In this document: piece by piece, positions 35,221 to 48,049 of the stretch | How positions within the stretch are numbered: position 1 is the first letter of the stretch | Layout of the letters: every line of letters begins with the position of its first letter | Assembly: GCF_006345805.1 (NCBI RefSeq) | Contig: NC_042998.1 | Location: forward strand, 164,052,001-164,116,000 | DNA: 64,000 bases | Origin: Octopus sinensis | Taxonomy: Eukaryota | Direction of reading: 5' to 3' | Made by a program: the position numbers and the translations under genes | The notes under the pieces: model-generated | What the model was told of the DNA's origin: nothing | Databases searched by the model: none | Seen by the model: only the letters and a program-made list of their open reading frames with translations

Positions 35221-35724
35221 AATGGACAAATATAATATACTAAATACTAACATGTTATACACAATTTATGTATACACACGCGCGCGTATGCGTACAAACG
35301 CGCGCGCACGAAGACACAGACACACAGATAAATATGTACTTAAAATGAGAGAGGGAGACGCAAAATGTAGCTACATAGAATTCGATGGATAGAGGAAAGA
35401 AATTGTAAACTGCAAGAAAAAAATTATATACAATCAAATCAGTTGAAAAGAATACGCACATACACGCGCGCGCGAACACCCACCCGCACCCGTACATACA
35501 CATTCACACATATTTACACATATATTCACAAACAGAACATATGTATATGTATATGTATATATATATGTATGCATGTATGTATGTATGTATGTATATATGC
35601 ATATATATATATGCTTGTATATATACATATATTAATGTATATCTATTACACCCAAATGTATAACTGTATGCGGTTATGTATATATGTATACATATATATA
35701 TATATATGTACATATACATATATA

Positions 35725-35757
<33 letters not shown>

Positions 35758-35854
35758 CTCGCATACACATATACATCTATATATATACATATATATACAT
35801 ATATACATATACATACATACATATATACATACATATATACAAACATACATATTC

Positions 35855-35859
<5 letters not shown>

Positions 35860-35886
<27 letters not shown>

Positions 35887-36391
35887 CTTTATATATATTT
35901 TTATATATATATATATATGATATTTATATGTTATGTTTAATATATATGAAATATATGGTGTATGCATGCATTCGTATAGCGATATACATACAACACACAC
36001 ACACACACACACACACACAAAACCATGTATATTTAGAGGGAGAAAGAGAGTGGTATAGAGGTAGAGAGAGAGAGAGAGAAATGGAGAGAGATATAGATAA
36101 AAAAAAGTTATACCTATTGAAAGAGTGAAATCAAAATGGTGAACAACCTGAAATAGAGAAAAAGACCGTAAGAGAGGTGTTTCTTCCATCTGCCTATAAA
36201 TGTCTCTACCTTGGTCTTTTTATCTTTCTCACTATCTCACTGTACTCCTCTCCCTCTCTATCACTCTCTAAATACGTGTGTGTGTATATGTTTGTTTGTG
36301 TGTATATGTTTGTGTGTGTGTATATGTTTGTGTGTGTGTGTGTATATATACGTATATCTATCTATATATGTATGTATCTATATATATATGC

Positions 36392-36425
<34 letters not shown>

Positions 36426-36433
36426 GCATACTT

Positions 36434-36483
<50 letters not shown>

Positions 36484-36582
36484 CTTTATATATATTTTTA
36501 TATATATATATATATGATATTTATATGTTATGTTTAATATATATGAAATATATGGTGTATGCATGCATTCGTATAGCGATAT

Positions 36583-36618
<36 letters not shown>

Positions 36619-36990
36619 CCATGTATATTTAGAGGGAGAAAGAGAGTGGTATAGAGGTAGAGAGAGAGAGAGAGAGAAATGGAGAGAGATATAGATAAAA
36701 AAAAGTTATACCTATTGAAAGAGTGAAATCAAAATGGTGAACAACCTGAAATAGAGAAAAAGACCGTAAGAGAGGTGTTTCTTCCAATCTGCCTATAAAT
36801 GTCTCTACCTTGGTCTTTTTATCTTTCTCACTATCTCACTGTACTCCTCTCCCTCTCTATCACTCTCTAAATACGTGTGTGTGTATATGTTTGTTTGTGT
36901 GTATATGTTTGTGTGTGTGTATACATGTTTGTGCGTGTGTGTATATATACGTATATCTATCTATATATGTATGTATCTATATATATATGC

Positions 36991-37024
<34 letters not shown>

Positions 37025-37060
37025 GCATACTTACACACACACACACACACATATATATAT
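35860..37060. repeat. ~598-bp tandem duplication of microsatellite-rich sequence
   Basis: Unique core gttatacctattgaaagagtgaaatc...ctctaccttggtc at ~36107 and ~36705. Confidence 0.9.
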
Positions 37061-37167
37061 AAATACTGACACCGTCGTTAATATATATATGTGTGTGTGT
37101 GTGTGTACACATCTACATATGCCTACATATATATGTATGTATGTATGTATGTATACATGTTTGTATG

Positions 37168-37234
<67 letters not shown>

Positions 37235-37392
37235 ATATATATGTATATATACACATATACATACATACCCATATATGTACAGAGAGAGAGAATGAGAGAA
37301 GAGAAGGAAAGAAAGAAAGAGAGCGGTGTGTGTACACATATAAATATACCTACATATATGTATGTACGCATGTTTGTATGTATGTATGTATA

Positions 37393-37438
<46 letters not shown>

Positions 37439-37477
37439 TATACATACATATACCCATATATGTACAGAGAGAGAGAG

Positions 37478-37519
<42 letters not shown>

Positions 37520-38461
37520 AGAAGAAGAGAAGGAAAGAAAGAGAGCGATATAGAAAGAGTAAAAGAGAATTGGAGAGAAAAATCATCACTGCCAGTCTTT
37601 CTCTCTCTCTCTCTCTCTCTACCTCTTTCTCTTACTGTCTCTCACACACTTTCTCTTTCTACTCTGCAGACCCAGCCCGTGATTATTGGTTATTATCTGC
37701 CAAAGTCCATGCCAGGATTTTACCAAAATTGAATTGAGCCTCAACCCATTCAAGCGAATATTGCATTTATTCTCTCCGACTTAATTCCAGCAGGATTTCT
37801 TTTAGATTTATCATTCCATAGACTTCTACAATTTCTTTTCTTTTTTTTTTTTACGCTCTCTCCATGTTCTATGTATGTGTATGTGCAAGTGCTTGTCTGT
37901 GTATAGACGTGCGTGTGTGTTTATGTGCTGTGTTTGTGTGTGTGTGTGTGTTATGTGTGTGTATGTGTGTGTGTGTGTGTGTCTGCGTGTGTTTATGTGT
38001 GTGTGTGTATGTGTGTGTGTATGATTACGTGTGATTGGTTATATGATCGTACGTATATATGTAAAAGAACTTCAATATGTGCTCGAACAAGGCAAAGAGA
38101 CAGTGTGTGTGTGTCATATGTTCAAATATGCCTGTGTGTGTGAGAGAGTAGAAGAGAGAGAGAGAGAGAGAGAGGAAGAAAGAGAAAGAAATAGAGAGAA
38201 GGAGGAAAAGAGAGAATTGAGGAAAGATGAAGAGTGCGTGTAAAAGAATGTGTGTGAGTGCAATTTCTTTAAAAATATGACATATATACATAAATATATA
38301 TGTATATATACATGAACATCTGTGTGTGTGTGCGCGCGTAATATCTATCTATCTATCTATATATATGTATGTATATATGCATGTATGCATGTATGCATGT
38401 CTGTATTTATGTGCGTGTAAGTATGTATGTATATGCATGTATATCATGTATGTATGTATAT

Positions 38462-38620
38462 AGGCATTGGCGTGACTATGGTAAGGATCCCGACCACATG
38501 GTTTCAGGTTCAGACCCTCTGCATGGCATCTTGAGCAAGTGTCTTCTAAACTAGCCTTTGGCTGACCAAAGCCTTGTGAGTGGATTTCGTGGACGGAAAC
38601 TTAAAGAAGCCCATCATATA

Positions 38621-38668
<48 letters not shown>

Positions 38669-38895
38669 TGTGTATGTATCTATGTGTGTGTGTATTTCTA
38701 TGTGTGTGCATGTGTTTGTCCTCCCCATCGCTTGACAGCCGGTGTTGGTTTGTTTACGTTCCCGTAATTTATTGAAATGTGATCGATGTAATAAATGTCA
38801 GACTTAAAGATAATGACAGGGGTAATCCTTTCGACTAAACACTTCAGCGCGGAGCCTCAGCATGGTCGTAGTGTAGTGACTGAACCAAGTAAAAG
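38462..38895 (+). mobile_element. SINE family A, full length
   Basis: ggttcagaccctctgcatggcatcttgagcaagtgtctt...gacggaaacttaaagaagccc...gactgaaccaagtaaaaga. Confidence 0.8.
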
Positions 38896-38973
38896 ATAAA
38901 ATATATAGCGTGTATATGTATATGTATATACATATACATACATATATACATACACATATACATATACACACAC

Positions 38974-39033
<60 letters not shown>

Positions 39034-39643
39034 TATAAATATATATGTATTTATATATATATACACATATATATAGGTATGTGTGTGTACATATGTTTAT
39101 GCATATACATATATCTACATACATTTATACAGATACATATACGCACAGTTTTAGATGTCTGTATGCATATGTCTGTTTGTGCAAGTATTAGTGTGTGTAC
39201 GTTTGTTTGATAGTGTGTGTGAGAGAGAGAGGGAAGGAGACAGAGTGCTAGAGAGAAGGAAGGACTGCAAGGAAGAGAGAGAGAGAGTCTATGTGTGTAC
39301 GGGGTCCATGTGCAGCTGTACATTTGCCTGTTAAGTGTATATATGCGTAGTCTTTAATTCCTTATGTTTTGTTTCAGCAACTCTAACCAAATCGAACTAT
39401 GATTAAAAAAAAATATTCCAGCCGTGACCGTTCGATTTTTTAGAATCCCTGCGTACCTCGTTCTGTATCACGGAAAAAAAGTTCCCTTCTTAAGAAAGTA
39501 CGGTGTAATTTGTGAGAGATTTAACTCCTATTTCTTGCAAATCGGGTGACGCCATAGCGGTTGTCAATGTTGCTGCCATGGTTGTTATGATTTTTCTGTT
39601 GGTGAGGGAATGTATTATGTCTAATACATAAATACATATACAT

Positions 39644-39674
<31 letters not shown>

Positions 39675-39684
39675 GTATATATAT

Positions 39685-40323
39685 AAACACAGAGAGGACA
39701 AAAAAGATCAGACAAACGGATTAAGTCGATTTCATCGACCTCAGTGTGTAACTGGTACTTAATTTATCGATCCCGAAAGGATGAAAGGCAAAGTCGACCT
39801 CGGCGGAATTTGAACTCAGAACGTAACGGCAGTCGAAATACCGCTAAGCATTTCGCCTGGCGTGCTAACGATTCTGCCATCTCGCCGCCTTTGCTAAAAT
39901 AAATATTTATTTCTTTATTGCCCACAGGGGGTAAACATAGAGGTTACAAACAAGGACAGACAAAGGGATTAAGTCGATTATATCGACCCCAGTGCGTAAC
40001 GGGTACTTAATTTATCGACCCCGAAAGGATGGAAGGCAAAATCGACTTCGGCTGAATTTGAAGTCAGAACATAACGGCAGACGAAATACCTATTTCTTTA
40101 CTACCCACAAAGGGCTAAACACAGAGAGGACAAAAAAAGGTCAGACAAAAGGATTAAGTCGATTTCATCGACCCCAGTGTGTAACTGGTACTTAATTTAT
40201 CGATCCCGAAAGGATGAAAGGCAAAGTCGACCTCGGCGGAATTTGAACTCAGAACGTAACGGCAGTCGAAATACCGCTAAGCATTTCGCCCGGCATGCTA
40301 ACTACTCTGTCAGTTCGCCGCCT
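39685..40323 (-). mobile_element. Three-unit SINE B cluster with extended tails
   Basis: Units ~39685-39890, ~39905-40090 (headless) and ~40095-40323; the first and third are nearly identical. Confidence 0.85.
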
Positions 40324-40534
40324 TTGCAAAAATAATTACCAAAAAAAAAAAAAACGTATTTAGTCAAATTTGGACATACGGCAGTTAAACATAATAGGAA
40401 CGATATATTATTTGTTTTATTTTATAATACATACAATTGTAGAGTTGGCTTATTCTTTAACATGAATAGTATTGAGAGTGACTTAGAGGTTTTGAACAGC
40501 TAAGCCTTCACCGCCTTCACTGAATAGACATCAG

Positions 40535-40745
40535 TACTTCTTTTTTTAACCCGGTTCTTATTCTATCGGCCTTTCTTTACCGAACCGCTAGGTTACGGGG
40601 GCACAAGCACACCAAAACCGGTTGTCAAGCGTTGGTGGGTGGACAAAGACTGATAGAAAGACACATACACAGAGATATGTAAACGTATACGACGGGCTAC
40701 TTTCAGTTTCCACCTACCAGTCTTTGGGAAGCAAGCTTCTTACCT
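40535..40745 (-). mobile_element. SINE family A, deleted copy
   Basis: ttcttattctatcggcc...ccgaaccgctaggttacgggg...tttcagtttccacctacc. Confidence 0.65.
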
Positions 40746-40931
40746 CATCTGTCTATATACATGTGTGTGTGTGTGTGTGTGTGTTGTGTGTGCGTGCGTG
40801 CGTGTGTGCAACAGCATCAAACTCCCTCCTTTCCCAAATGCTACACATCAGAAGGGGTTTCAAGTAAAGGAGGTGTAATAAAAAACCAACAGTGATGCAC
40901 TATCATGACCGCACCTTTTGAGCTGAAACTA

Positions 40932-40974
<43 letters not shown>

Positions 40975-41239
40975 ATGAGTTTGTGAGCGTCTCTGTACGT
41001 GTTTGTGAAAGGGGATTATATAATCCTTCTCCGTTTTCTTGCTTGGATTGAGATCTGTTTGATGTAGCTGCAGCTGGTTTTACTGCACTTGTGTATGTGA
41101 GTGAATGCGTGCGAGAAAGAGCAAGAGACGGATAGAAAGAACAGCACAAGAAAAGAATGGGTACAAATGTGAGTTCATGTTCGTATATGTGAATCTATGG
41201 AGAGCATAGAGGTTTGTATGGATATTTCACATATTTGGT

Positions 41240-41282
<43 letters not shown>

Positions 41283-41359
41283 ATATATATTGGGGGATTT
41301 TTGCGGAGGGTGAAAGTGGTAACAAAAACAGGAGAGTGAGAACAAAACATTAAAAACAA

Positions 41360-42015
41360 ACATGTTTCTGCACTAATGGTTTTCTGGTTTTAAGAATTCA
41401 TAGTGGATGACTTCTGCAGTACACCACCAAACAGTCTCCATAACCTTCTTTTTGAAGAGCTCGGGTTTAAGGTAGGTTTTCGGTGCTTCATTTGGGTCCA
41501 ACCACTGCGAAGAAGGTTTTTTTTTTTATATTATTGCACAGAATCCACTTTTCATCGCGAGTTACAATACGGTCGAGAAGTGGATCAGTCTGGTTACGGA
41601 GAAGAAGCGACGAGTAAATTTCATATCTGTGCATTTTCTGATTTTCACTCAAATTGTGTGGTACTCATTTGTCAAGCTTTTTTGATTTTCCGATCGCATG
41701 TAAAAGGTTGCAGGCAGTTTTCTGGCTAACTTGAAGTTCTTTTGCCAGTTCTCGAGTAGTATTACGTAGATCTTTCTCAATTACGGTCTTTAATTGATCG
41801 TCATCTATGACAGACGGGCGTCCACTATACTCACGATCTTCAAGGCTCAGGTCTCCACTGCGAAATAGTTTAAACCATTTTCGAGCTGACCACTCTCTGG
41901 TCATTTCCTCACCAAACGTTTCTTTTAAACATGCTCTGAATTCTGTAGGCCATTTCCTCACCAAACGTTGCATTTTAAACTTGCTATTAATTCTATAGGT
42001 CATTTTTTCCGAAGC
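41360..42015 (-). pseudogene. Mariner transposase 5' two-thirds, decayed
   Basis: RKWFKLFRSGDLSLEDREYSGRPS...TTRELAKELQVSQKT...KKLDK*VPHNLSENQK...LDRIVTRDEKWIL...KKVMETVWW. Confidence 0.88.
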
Positions 42016-42422
42016 GCTAAGTGACTGGAACGCAAACAGACCACCTCTGGTTGTAAAGCGGTGTGGTAGATCAAGCAAAAACACAAACAGATACACATAC
42101 ATATACAACTGGCTTCTTTCAGTTTCCGTCTACTAAATCCACTCAAAATATTTTTGTCGACCCGGTGCTATGGTAGAGGATATATGCTGGAAGTGCAACG
42201 CAATGGGTCTGAACCTGGAACCAAAGTGTTGGGAAGCTAACTTAATTACCGCACGGCAATACCTGCACCTGTGGCCGTGTGCTAAGACGTTTGCTTCCTA
42301 ACCATATGATTCCGGATTCAGTCCCACTGCGTGGCGCCTTGTGTCTTTTAATATAGCCTTGGGCCACGACCAAAGTCTTTCGAGTAGATTTGGTAGACGG
42401 AAACTGAAAGAAACCTGTCATA
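42015..42422. mobile_element. Head-to-head inverted pair of SINE A copies (42015-42270 minus, 42271-42422 plus)
   Basis: ctttcagtttccgtctactaaatcc on the left and gatttggtagacggaaactgaaag on the right; heads abut. Confidence 0.75.
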
Positions 42423-42542
42423 TATGTGTATGTATGTATGTAAGTATATATATATATGTATGTAGTTGAATTAGGTACTTAAGTTGAAGCACCAAATCAG
42501 TCCTTTATTATCCGTACAGCCCGAACTAATGCGAATAAAACG

Positions 42543-43096
42543 AAAATAAGCAACAGGATATCAAGTAGTAATGCAATATGACTGTTTCAAGCGGCTCCAT
42601 TTAATTGAACAATGTAATCATTACATCAATTTAAATGCAGTGTCATCTTCAGCTGCACAAATAGATAAATGGAACTTTAACAATTACGACAAATTAATAT
42701 CAATTTTCTTAAATATTTTAACAGTGCAAGTAGGTGGAGGAAATTCCTGTTGTTGTTATTGTAGCTAAGTATAGACTACCACTTCAAAGAATCGCTTAGA
42801 GCATAGTGGGGTCATACAACCCTATGGCCCCACTAGCTCCTTGCGATTCTCTACAAGTTGTAGTCTATACTTAACTACAAGAGTGACAACATGAATTTAT
42901 TCCACCTTCTTGCTCTGTTAAAATATTTAAGAAAATTTATATTAATGTGTCCTACTTGTTAAAATTGTATTTATTTATTTGCGGAGCTGAAGATGGTATT
43001 GAATTTAAATTGATATAATGATTGCATTGTTCAATTAAATGGAGCTGCTTGAAACGGTCGTACTGCATTACTACTTGACATCCTGTTGTTTATTTT
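42543..43096. repeat. Long imperfect palindrome, ~274-bp arms, 6-nt loop
   Basis: Manual alignment is continuous from aaaataagcaacagga to tagtggggtcata, loop caaccc (42817-42822), about 86% arm identity. Confidence 0.92.
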
Positions 43097-43097
43097 G

Positions 43098-43119
<22 letters not shown>

Positions 43120-43135
<16 letters not shown>

Positions 43136-43370
43136 CTGTGTGTCTGTGTGTGTGTTTGTATCTGTGCTTGTCCCCACCATCACCACTTGACAACCGGTGT
43201 CGGTGTGTTTATGTCCCCGCAATTTAGTGGTTCGGCAAAAAATAACCGATAGAATAAGTACTAGGCTTTAAAATGCTAAGTCCAGGGGTCGAATTATTCG
43301 ACTAAGACCCTTCAAGGCGGTGCTCTTGCATGACTGCTGTCAAATGACTGAAACAAGTAAAAGAATAAAA
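43120..43370 (+). mobile_element. SINE family A, 3' half
   Basis: cacttgacaaccggtgtcggtgtgttt...accgatagaataagtactagg...gactgaaacaagtaaaaga. Confidence 0.8.
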
Positions 43371-43377
43371 GTATGTA

Positions 43378-45182
43378 CAATATCTCACAGAAGTATGTAA
43401 ACCCCTAAAAAATTTCAGAAAAATTGCCATTACTCTCATAATATAGAAATTTATACTAAATAAAATATATTATACATGCAAGTATTATACAAATTTGGAA
43501 CATAAAACAATAAAAATTTTCAAAAATATGAACGAAATATTAATTTCCAAGGGTTACAAAAATATGTACACCCTAAAGGAAATTTATTGGTTGCTTCTCG
43601 AGTCATTCCTGGCTCATAAGGGCTAGTTTCCCGGTTTCATAAGTTCCCCACCTGGATGGGACGCCGGTTCGTCGCTGGTGAGCTCCTAGATACAGGAGGA
43701 AAGAGTGAAAGTTGTAGTGAAACAGTCAGCAGAAGTGGAGCTTAGGCGTTTCGCTCATAAACACACACACCGCCCGGTCTGATATTCGAACCCGCTATCG
43801 CTCGACCGCGCGTCCGCTGTCCTAACAACTAGGCCATGTGCCTCCACAAAAGAAATTTACAATATTCAATATTTTATCCACTTTTAAAAAATAAATTCAG
43901 ATATTGCTGATAATTTCAATTCACAAAATTATTTCTCCTGGCGTTTTTGCACTGGTCATAGTTATTATGCCTGCAGGAATTCCGATTTGTATAACGTGTT
44001 GAAAATTTTCCAAAAGGAAAAGAATTATCTGAAGACTTGAAAAAATTTATTTTTAATTTGCACACGAATGATTAAGGATACAAGTTAATTAGCAAACGAA
44101 TGCATATTTGTGTAAACATAGTTGCCAAAGTAATTCAGAAGTACAAAACCACTGGTCGGCTAAGCAATAAGCATCGTCCAGGTCCTTCTATTTTAACTGC
44201 GCGTGATATTCTCCACATCCGACGTTGCGTGATGGAGGGCAGGCGTCGTACCGCTTCATCTTTTGCCTCAAAGTGTCTTCTGTTAGTGCAAAGAGTGTAT
44301 CAGTCCAAACAGTCCACCGAAGCTTGAATCAGTGTGGTCTTCATGGACGCATTCCTCGTAGGATGCCTCTCTTCACTACCAGGCATAAATTAAGTCGTCT
44401 TTTGCCGAAACCTATGCAAGAGGAAGGAGTTTTGGAATAAAATTCTTTTTTTTTTTTTGACGAGACTAAAATCAACTTGTTTGGGTCAGGTGGTATTAAA
44501 CGAGTATGGCGATGACCAGGTGAAGATAATTGCGAAAAATAAACCCTGCCTACCGTGAAACACGGTGGCGGAAGTGTCATGCTTTGGGGATGCATGAGTG
44601 TGGCTGGTGAGGGAGGATTCACATTTATTGAGAGAACAATGGATTCAAGCCTTTATAGTGACATATTGCAGAAAGCAATGTTGAAAAGCATCAACTGACT
44701 AGGAAGATATTCCATGTACCTACACGATAATGACCCTAAACTCACTTCATAGTTGACGACTAAGTTTTTATGAGATAAAAAGGCAAAAGTATTACCTTGG
44801 CCTATCATGTTACCTGATGTGGGGTGTTTTGAAAAGGAAGGCTGAAGAGAAAATCAGCTGAAAGACATCATTCAGGATGAATGGAGTTCGATTTCACAGG
44901 ATATATGCAGAAATTTAGTCAACTCTATGCCCAGAAGATTTAATGCAGTCATTGAAATATTTGGCTACACCAAATATTGAATATAGCAAATAATCCTTTA
45001 GGTGTGCATATTTATGTATCGTTTTAAAATTAATATTTCGTTTATATCTTTGAAAATGTTTATTTTGTTTTCCAAATTTGTATAATGTTTGCATGTATAT
45101 GTTTTATTCAGTATAAACTTCGTTTGACTTCCTTCGATATTATCAGAGTAATGGCAATTTTACTGAAATATTTTAGGGGTAT
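43378..45182 (+). mobile_element. Tc1 (DD34E) element with ~200-bp IR/DR-type TIRs, decayed transposase ~44050-44975
   Basis: Left TIR 43378-43582, right TIR 44993-45182; VAKVIQKYKTTG, FDETKINLFGS, PTVKHGGGSVMLWGCM, HDNDPK motifs. Confidence 0.88.
43587..43848 (-). mobile_element. SINE family C variant inserted in the Tc1 element
   Basis: Head gaggcacatggcctagttgttagg; flanking direct repeats aaaggaaattta and aaaagaaattta. Confidence 0.8.
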
Positions 45183-45219
45183 ATATATATGTATATGTAT
45201 ATGTATAAGTATATGTATA

Positions 45220-45263
<44 letters not shown>

Positions 45264-45896
45264 CTTTGTGCGTGTGTGTGTGTGTGAACTTTTACAAATA
45301 AAAGCTTGATAGTGATTTCGAAATTACATTTTACTGGCCTTCATGGAACTGTTATTCACTTTGGTCCTTTTTGGCATGGTTTGTTTTATTGTTTGATAGG
45401 TGGAGCAGTGCAATGATAATTAGGTGTGATGTAAGTGAATAAAAAAAAGGTCAAGATTTTGCGGAAGCAATCTCAGATTCGAATGTAATTATGAATACAA
45501 GGGAATATCCCATGTTATTTGATAATGATACATGGGTTAAGAAAAACAGAGATGAATTGTTCCATATTACGCTACTTAAGTGAGTCAAAATTGGATATTC
45601 TAGATTTATTGAAAAATGTTTCCTAAGATCGATAGTGGTTTATAGCGTGATGATGGCTTGATTTCAGAGAGAAACTGTAATGGTCATAAGTTAGATAGCG
45701 TTTGACAAATCAACTAGAAATATTTCAGAAAACTGGAAGCTTACCAAGATACTTAATGTCCTTAATAATCTAGACACAAGTTTAGGGCAAGAAAATAAAA
45801 TAAAATCCGCCCACGCAGTAAATTGAGGAACATATTCGACAACGTTTGTAGACACCTATCCTCGAATTCTTCCGATGGAAATGTCATTACGGAGCA

Positions 45897-45897
<1 letters not shown>

Positions 45898-45993
<96 letters not shown>

Positions 45994-46032
45994 GTCTGTT
46001 TGTTTTTCTGTCTGCCTCTCTCTCTCTCACCC

Positions 46033-46125
<93 letters not shown>
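45898..46125. repeat. Compound microsatellite (TATC)n-(TGTC)n-(TC)n-(TA)n
   Basis: Direct reading. Confidence 0.95.
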
Positions 46126-46126
<1 letters not shown>

Positions 46127-47819
46127 AAATAAATTAAGATTCAATAGGGTATATAATAACACTTGCAAACATCAGAGCCAATGCTCCAAAAACCACTATA
46201 AAACTCACGATAAAGGTACATATGAAAAATATGCTTACCTTTGCGTTGAATACATCAATAAGTAATGCATATTTCAATACCAATTGATTTCACGCTTCGC
46301 ATGACAAACACTCTGCGATCTTCAGTTGGAAATAACATTTTAATATCTACTTCTAAAATATTCACTACATTAGCTCGAGTGCGTTCCTTACTTTAAACGT
46401 CCCGCTTCGATTAAAAGAAAACTATCGTGAACAAGAAAAATTCAAATAATGAAGTATTATTGCCGTTATTTATAGTAATAATAAGGTGCCTGTAACGGTG
46501 TGAACTTGCTAGCCACCTTATCATTACGATAAATAACGGTAATAATACTTCTTTATATAATGCGGCCATTCTCTACGTCACGAGTACTTATAGAGCGGAC
46601 GAGGCTGAGTAGAGGTACGGGTTCCTGAGGCAACAGTCCTGTCGGTGATCATAAAATAGTATCTTGCAAGTTTGTGCCTATTAGAAACTACACTAATGGA
46701 GGAGACGCTTGTAGCGTTGAAGAAGGAAAATTCAATAGTGTTTCTATTGAAGAGTCTACAGTATCTATGTGCGAGTGCAAAAGCCCTATCTAAAATCTGA
46801 ACAACAACCTAAGGATATTGGTTTAAACGTTACGCGAGAGAAATGGAATAAATCAAACAATGCGCCTAGTCCTTTGTCTTCTCGCCCGGTTGCTACGTTT
46901 ATCCCTGGCAGAGGGGGTGTATTAAACCCAGGGTCCGTCTCGTATTCCGCCCAAATTGGGATTTCCTGTCACTTCATGTGTTCCGGCACAGTCGTAGCCT
47001 CAAAGTGAGTGCATGGCTGAGTAGTGTCCCAGGTAGGAGTTGTGATATTCCTGGGAAAGGGGCTAGAAGTAGATAAACGGTTGGCGTTCCTCGATGGATC
47101 CTGGTTTTTAGCTTCCCCACAAGAAATAGCACCACTCAAAGCTCTATAAGAACACTTCATAGTTGTATCCTACTAATCGTGTTATTCCCAAGAGCTAACC
47201 GAATCTCTGTGTGTATGTGTGTGTGTTTGTGTATGTGGCGTGGTAGGTATTTCTGTTTCGGGTGGTTAAGAAATTTACTTCATCATTTTGAAGTCTCAGA
47301 CTCGATTCCATTTTGCGGAATATTGAGCAAAATTTTTCCACTATAGCCATCGGTAATATCAAGGTTTGTAAGCGACGTTGGTAGAGGAAAACTGTATTGA
47401 AACCTGTTGTTTGGACTGTACATGTAATTTGAAGACCCAACTGAACTGTACCACACACTTTGCTATGTTGAATTTTACTGAGGATATTCGGCCATTTTCA
47501 TGATAGTACAATAAGTAAGTAGTTTTGTTTATCGATCATCTGAAATATTCATCACAGAAACAGACCTACGATCCATTCTTTGTTAATATGTGAATTAGTA
47601 TTTGTGTCAATATATGTATGTACCGTAGTTATTAGTACGTCTTGCTTGCATGAATATATATAGAGTGAGAGAAAGAAAGAAAGAGAGAGAGAGAAAGAGG
47701 GGAGGGGTGAGAGAGAGAAGGAGAGAGGGAGGAGAGAGCGTGTGAGAGGGTAAGGGAGTGACTCAAACATTATAAAGACACTTTTACACACACCTAAATC
47801 ACTCAATCACACGCTTTCG

Positions 47820-47934
47820 TATATTGACATACATACACATGCAAACATATATACATAACACCATATAAGTGCGTGTGTGTATGTGTATAATGTGTGTGTG
47901 TTCGTGTATGTGTGTATGCATGTACATACATATA

Positions 47935-47986
<52 letters not shown>

Positions 47987-48014
47987 TGTGTATGTATGTA
48001 TGTATGTATGTATG

Positions 48015-48049
<35 letters not shown>

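Noticed and set aside
46690-46800. GDACSVEE...STVSMCEC resembling a GPS-motif fragment
   Set aside because: Lacks the upstream W and the HLT cleavage motif, and is followed at once by a stop
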